This document shows positions 60,537-64,000 of a stretch of DNA of 64,000 nt, piece by piece. The stretch lies in NCBI GenBank assembly GCA_947642455.1, contig CANRSN010000001.1:20773-84772 (forward strand), given 5' to 3'. The first letter of the stretch is position 1. Each line of letters opens with the position of its first letter. Source of the stretch: an uncultured Clostridiaceae bacterium. GTDB taxonomy: Bacteria; Bacillota; Clostridia; TANB77; CAG-508. Position numbers and translations under genes: made by a program. Under the pieces are notes generated by a model, which was not told where the DNA came from, ran no database searches, and saw nothing but the letters and a program-made list of their open reading frames with translations.

Positions 60537-61871
60537 CTAAATATTTCTTATTATTTGCTCCAATTTTTCTAAGCCTTCCATTAATTTATCATGAACTTCT
60601 TTGCTTACTGCATCAGATTCGCCATCTAAATATTTTTGTGCTGTTTCCTTTATATCCATCAATTTAAAACGATTCCTTGCTCCTGCTTTTTCTCCATTAT
60701 CATACATATAAACAGGAGTATATGTAACTTTTTCTAATAGTACTTTTCCTGTATTATCTTTTGTTATTTGTACATTTAATATCATTTCTAAATTTGAATT
60801 TTCATATCCTAAAGATGATGTATAGTTTCCAACTGAATATGATATAAATACATTTTCGCCAGCCGAATTTTGCTTTATTTGCATCGGCTCAATTACAGCT
60901 GGGTGTGAACCTACTATCATATTTGCCCCATTCTCTATAAGGAAGTCTGCAACATCTTTTTGCTGTGATGTTGCTCCTATATTATTTATCTCTCCCCAGT
61001 GCATAATAATACAAATATATTCTGCTTCTTTTTTTGCATTTTCTAGGTCTTGTTTTGCCATTTCTTTACTAAACTTATTCACATATTTTTCTGCCTCTGT
61101 GGAAATAATTGCTCCATCACTAAAACCATATGTGTATGCAAGAAAAGCTATTTTTATTCCTTCTACATCTTTTACAATATAATTTTTTTCTTCTAATGTA
61201 TTTTTTGTTCCAACAACTTCAAATCCCATTTGCTTTAAATTAGTATTTGTATTTTTTAGACCTTGTAAATCATAATCTAAACTATGGTTATGTGCTGTTG
61301 AAATTACATTAATTCCTGAATTTTTTACAGCTTGACCAAATGAATATGGGCTATTACATTTTAAATAGCCTGAATAATCTGAATTTGTAAAATTAGTTTC
61401 CATTGTTCCTATTGCAACATCTGCTTCTTTAAGATATTTTGATATATCACTAAATAAATAATTGAATTCATATTCTCCATTGATATTTGCATCTTCTAAC
61501 ATTGCATTTCCGCAAAGTATATCTCCAACAATTGCAATATTTACAGTAGTATTCTCTTCTTGACTTATTGTGGTAATTTCATTTGCCATTTGATTTTCAT
61601 TGTCTTGTACAGTTTGATTTACCACTTCATTTGCTATATTATTTTTTGACTTTGAAACACTTTTATCTTCAAATATAGCATCTAATTGCCTTTCTAATAA
61701 TTCTTTTTGTTTTGCTACTTTTAGATTGTCATTATAATTTCTTATTCTTATAATTGCTATACAACAAATACTTATAATTGCTATTACTATTACTATTTTT
61801 CTAAAGGTTTCATTACTTATTGTCTCAATAATTTTGTTCATGTTTCTTTTGTTTCTTCTATTTCTTGGCAT
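60537..61871 (-). CDS. CapA/PgsA-family metallophosphoesterase, membrane-anchored
   Basis: VGDI, HNHSLD, MHWG, GSHPAV, YSVGN. Confidence 0.85.
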   Translation of the reverse strand: MPRNRRNKRNMNKIIETISNETFRKIVIVIAIISICCIAIIRIRNYNDNLKVAKQKELLERQLDAIFEDKSVSKSKNNIANEVVNQTVQDNENQMANEITTISQEENTTVNIAIVGDILCGNAMLEDANINGEYEFNYLFSDISKYLKEADVAIGTMETNFTNSDYSGYLKCNSPYSFGQAVKNSGINVISTAHNHSLDYDLQGLKNTNTNLKQMGFEVVGTKNTLEEKNYIVKDVEGIKIAFLAYTYGFSDGAIISTEAEKYVNKFSKEMAKQDLENAKKEAEYICIIMHWGEINNIGATSQQKDVADFLIENGANMIVGSHPAVIEPMQIKQNSAGENVFISYSVGNYTSSLGYENSNLEMILNVQITKDNTGKVLLEKVTYTPVYMYDNGEKAGARNRFKLMDIKETAQKYLDGESDAVSKEVHDKLMEGLEKLEQIIRNI

Positions 61872-61979
61872 AAATACCTCCACTCCTTAAGCCACTACAT
61901 GACTCCTATTTTCTTTTACAATATTATATATTCTTTTACTTCTGTAGTAAAGTGTCTTTACCACTTTTTTGTAAATTTT

Positions 61980-62040
61980 AGTAACTATTCGTTACAATTT
62001 ACAGCCAATTTCTATTTATGCAATATAATATTTATTTTTA
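61980..62040 (+). repeat. Family A half-element (left arms of the 31337 type)
   Basis: TTACAATTTACAGCCAATTTCTATTTATGCAATATAATATTTATTTT. Confidence 0.7.
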
Positions 62041-62156
62041 GTATGATTAGTCATTTCTATTGATTTATTTTTAATTTTTATATACAATAATATAAATAAA
62101 AGAGGTTTATAGGCAAATCCTTAAAAAACCTAAATATAATATAAGGATGTTATAAA

Positions 62157-63896
62157 ATGAGTGAAAAATTCAAATCAAAACCAAACATGATATATCCACA
62201 AATGTATGTCGACAACTTTAGAGAGTTACTAAACAACACTCTAGAAAGGTTTCCTGACAAAGTAGCTTTTAGTTACAAAAAAGATGCTACTTCAAAAACT
62301 CCAGAATATATAAATGTAACATATAAACAGCATTATGAAGACATAAAAAATCTAGGAACAAAACTATTAGATTTAGGATTAGAAGAAAAAAAAGTTGGCT
62401 TAATTGGTCATAACAAATATCAGTGGCCTGTAAGTTACCAAGCAGTAAACAATAGTAACATGATATGTGTACCATTAGATTACATGTTACCTGAAAACGA
62501 AATAGAGAATCTACTTGTCAGAAGTGGTTGTGAAGCCATCATTTTTGATGGAAAATTCTTAGATATTTTTAAAAATATAAAAAATAGAAATACCACAAAT
62601 TTGAAATATTATATTTGTATGGATTTAAATGAAGATTTAGATGGCATATTATCTTTTTATAACCTAATAAAGCAAGGAAAATCTCTTTGTGAAAATGGTA
62701 ATACTTCTTTTGATAACATCCAAATTGATAGTAACAAAACTTCTGTTATGATATTTACATCTGGAACTACAGATATTGCAAAAGCTGTTATGCTTTCACA
62801 GAGGAATATCTGTTCAAATTTTAGTGCTATGACAAGTTTAATAAAAGCACAAGAAGGAGATAAAGTATTATCTTTTTTACCATTACATCATACATTTGAA
62901 TGTACAGCAACTTACCTTTTTAGCTTTTTTACTGGTTTCACAATATGTTATTGTGATGGTTTAAAACATATACCAAAAAACATGAATGAATATGGAATTA
63001 GTGGCTTAGTATGTGTTCCTGCATTGTTAGAAGTTATGTATAGACAAATAAATAAAACTATAAAAAATAAAGGATTAACAATTCCTTTTAAAATTATGAT
63101 GGCAGTATCTAATTTTTTATATTTTCTACATATTGATGTTAGGAGAAAAATGTTCAAATCTATTTTAGATAATTTAGGTGGAAAAATTAGAATTATAATT
63201 TATGGTTCAGCATCTGTCGACAAAAAAATTACAAAATTCTTCACTTCAATGGGCATAAAAATGTTACAAGGCTATGGTCTTACCGAAACCTCTCCTGTTA
63301 TCTCTTGTGAAAATGATAAATATCAACGTGCTGGTAGTTGCGGGCATGTACTATTTAATCAGGATGTTGAAATAGTTGATAAAGATGAAAATGGAATTGG
63401 GGAAATTACTGTAAAAGGTCCAAATATAATGCTTGGATATTACAATAATGAAGAAAAAACAAAAGAGGTCTTAATAGATGGCTATTTTCATACTGGCGAC
63501 TTAGGCTATATCGATAAAGATGGCTATCTTTTTGTAACAGGTCGTATTAAAGATATGATTGTTTTGAAAAATGGTAAAAAGATATTTCCTCAAGAAATGG
63601 AAATTCTGCTTAACGAATCTACTCTTATTGAAGAAAGTTTTGTATATTTATCTAATGATGAAGATTCCAAAATTTCTGCAAAACTTGTTTATTCTACTGA
63701 AAATGAGGAATTGTCTGGGAAAACTGAATCAGAAATTTACGAACTTTTAAAAAATGAAGTTAAACTTGTAAATAGTAAAATTCCAAGTTACAAATATATT
63801 AAAAATATTCAGATTACTACTGAACCATTAATCAAAACTACCACTCAAAAGATTAAAAGGCATGAGGAAATGGCTAAAATTAGTGTTACAAAGTAA
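62157..63896 (+). CDS. Long-chain acyl-CoA synthetase / AMP-binding enzyme
   Basis: FTSGTT, LPLHH, GYGLTE, TGDLG, GRIKD. Confidence 0.9.
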   Translation: MSEKFKSKPNMIYPQMYVDNFRELLNNTLERFPDKVAFSYKKDATSKTPEYINVTYKQHYEDIKNLGTKLLDLGLEEKKVGLIGHNKYQWPVSYQAVNNSNMICVPLDYMLPENEIENLLVRSGCEAIIFDGKFLDIFKNIKNRNTTNLKYYICMDLNEDLDGILSFYNLIKQGKSLCENGNTSFDNIQIDSNKTSVMIFTSGTTDIAKAVMLSQRNICSNFSAMTSLIKAQEGDKVLSFLPLHHTFECTATYLFSFFTGFTICYCDGLKHIPKNMNEYGISGLVCVPALLEVMYRQINKTIKNKGLTIPFKIMMAVSNFLYFLHIDVRRKMFKSILDNLGGKIRIIIYGSASVDKKITKFFTSMGIKMLQGYGLTETSPVISCENDKYQRAGSCGHVLFNQDVEIVDKDENGIGEITVKGPNIMLGYYNNEEKTKEVLIDGYFHTGDLGYIDKDGYLFVTGRIKDMIVLKNGKKIFPQEMEILLNESTLIEESFVYLSNDEDSKISAKLVYSTENEELSGKTESEIYELLKNEVKLVNSKIPSYKYIKNIQITTEPLIKTTTQKIKRHEEMAKISVTK

Positions 63897-63938
63897 CTAT
63901 TTGTTACAACTTACAGCAAGAAAGGAATTTGATTTTTT

Positions 63939-64000
63939 ATGGATGATAAAAAAAGAAAACTGTATAATGGTGAAGAAATTCACAACTTCAAAGAATTAAT
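63939..64000 (+). CDS. Start of next CDS (MDDKKRKLYNGEEIHNFKEL; possibly a second AMP-binding paralog)
   Basis: AAAGGA RBS plus ATG; NFKEL resembles NFREL of the preceding gene. Confidence 0.5.
   Translation, partial: MDDKKRKLYNGEEIHNFKEL

Noticed and set aside
63141-63146. AGG-A as an additional shifty site
   Set aside because: AGG is used in frame as Arg here and in other intact genes without loss of frame
4049-63157. Many 60-200 aa antisense/overlapping ORFs in the track (e.g. 20972-21496, 25959-26564, 44927-45436, 37739-38173)
   Set aside because: Shadow ORFs opposite well-supported genes; low-complexity F/L/I/S content and no RBS

Overview
A very AT-rich (about 25-27% GC by eye) stretch of an anaerobic Clostridia-like chromosome. 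Core genes include a trimeric electron-bifurcating [FeFe]-hydrogenase plus ldh, a four-subunit 2-oxoacid:ferredoxin oxidoreductase, plsX-acpP-rnc, walR/walK-like, lepB, holB, ricT, dnaG-rpoD, carD, dut, rbr, feoAB, rimO and DNA-repair genes (udg, ogg, addB, radical-SAM/DUF4130 pair). These are interspersed with ORFans, pilin-like genes and a Dam-type MTase plus putative endonuclease. I saw no rRNA, tRNA, CRISPR or transposase. Two unusual systems stand out. (1) Three unrelated, otherwise intact genes (dam-type MTase, feoB, DUF2207 protein) each carry one extra nucleotide at the same kind of site: an in-frame CGG followed by A, just where a Gly (GGA) is expected. This suggests +1 recoding at CGG-A. 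(2) Intergenic DNA is populated by at least three families of dispersed palindromic elements. One has a conserved ~70-bp GC-rich core nested in interchangeable, internally co-varying inverted-repeat arms, and 'empty' fold-back versions also occur. These elements often bracket ORFans and in some cases supply gene stop codons. All product calls are from motif recognition by eye; no database searches were run.
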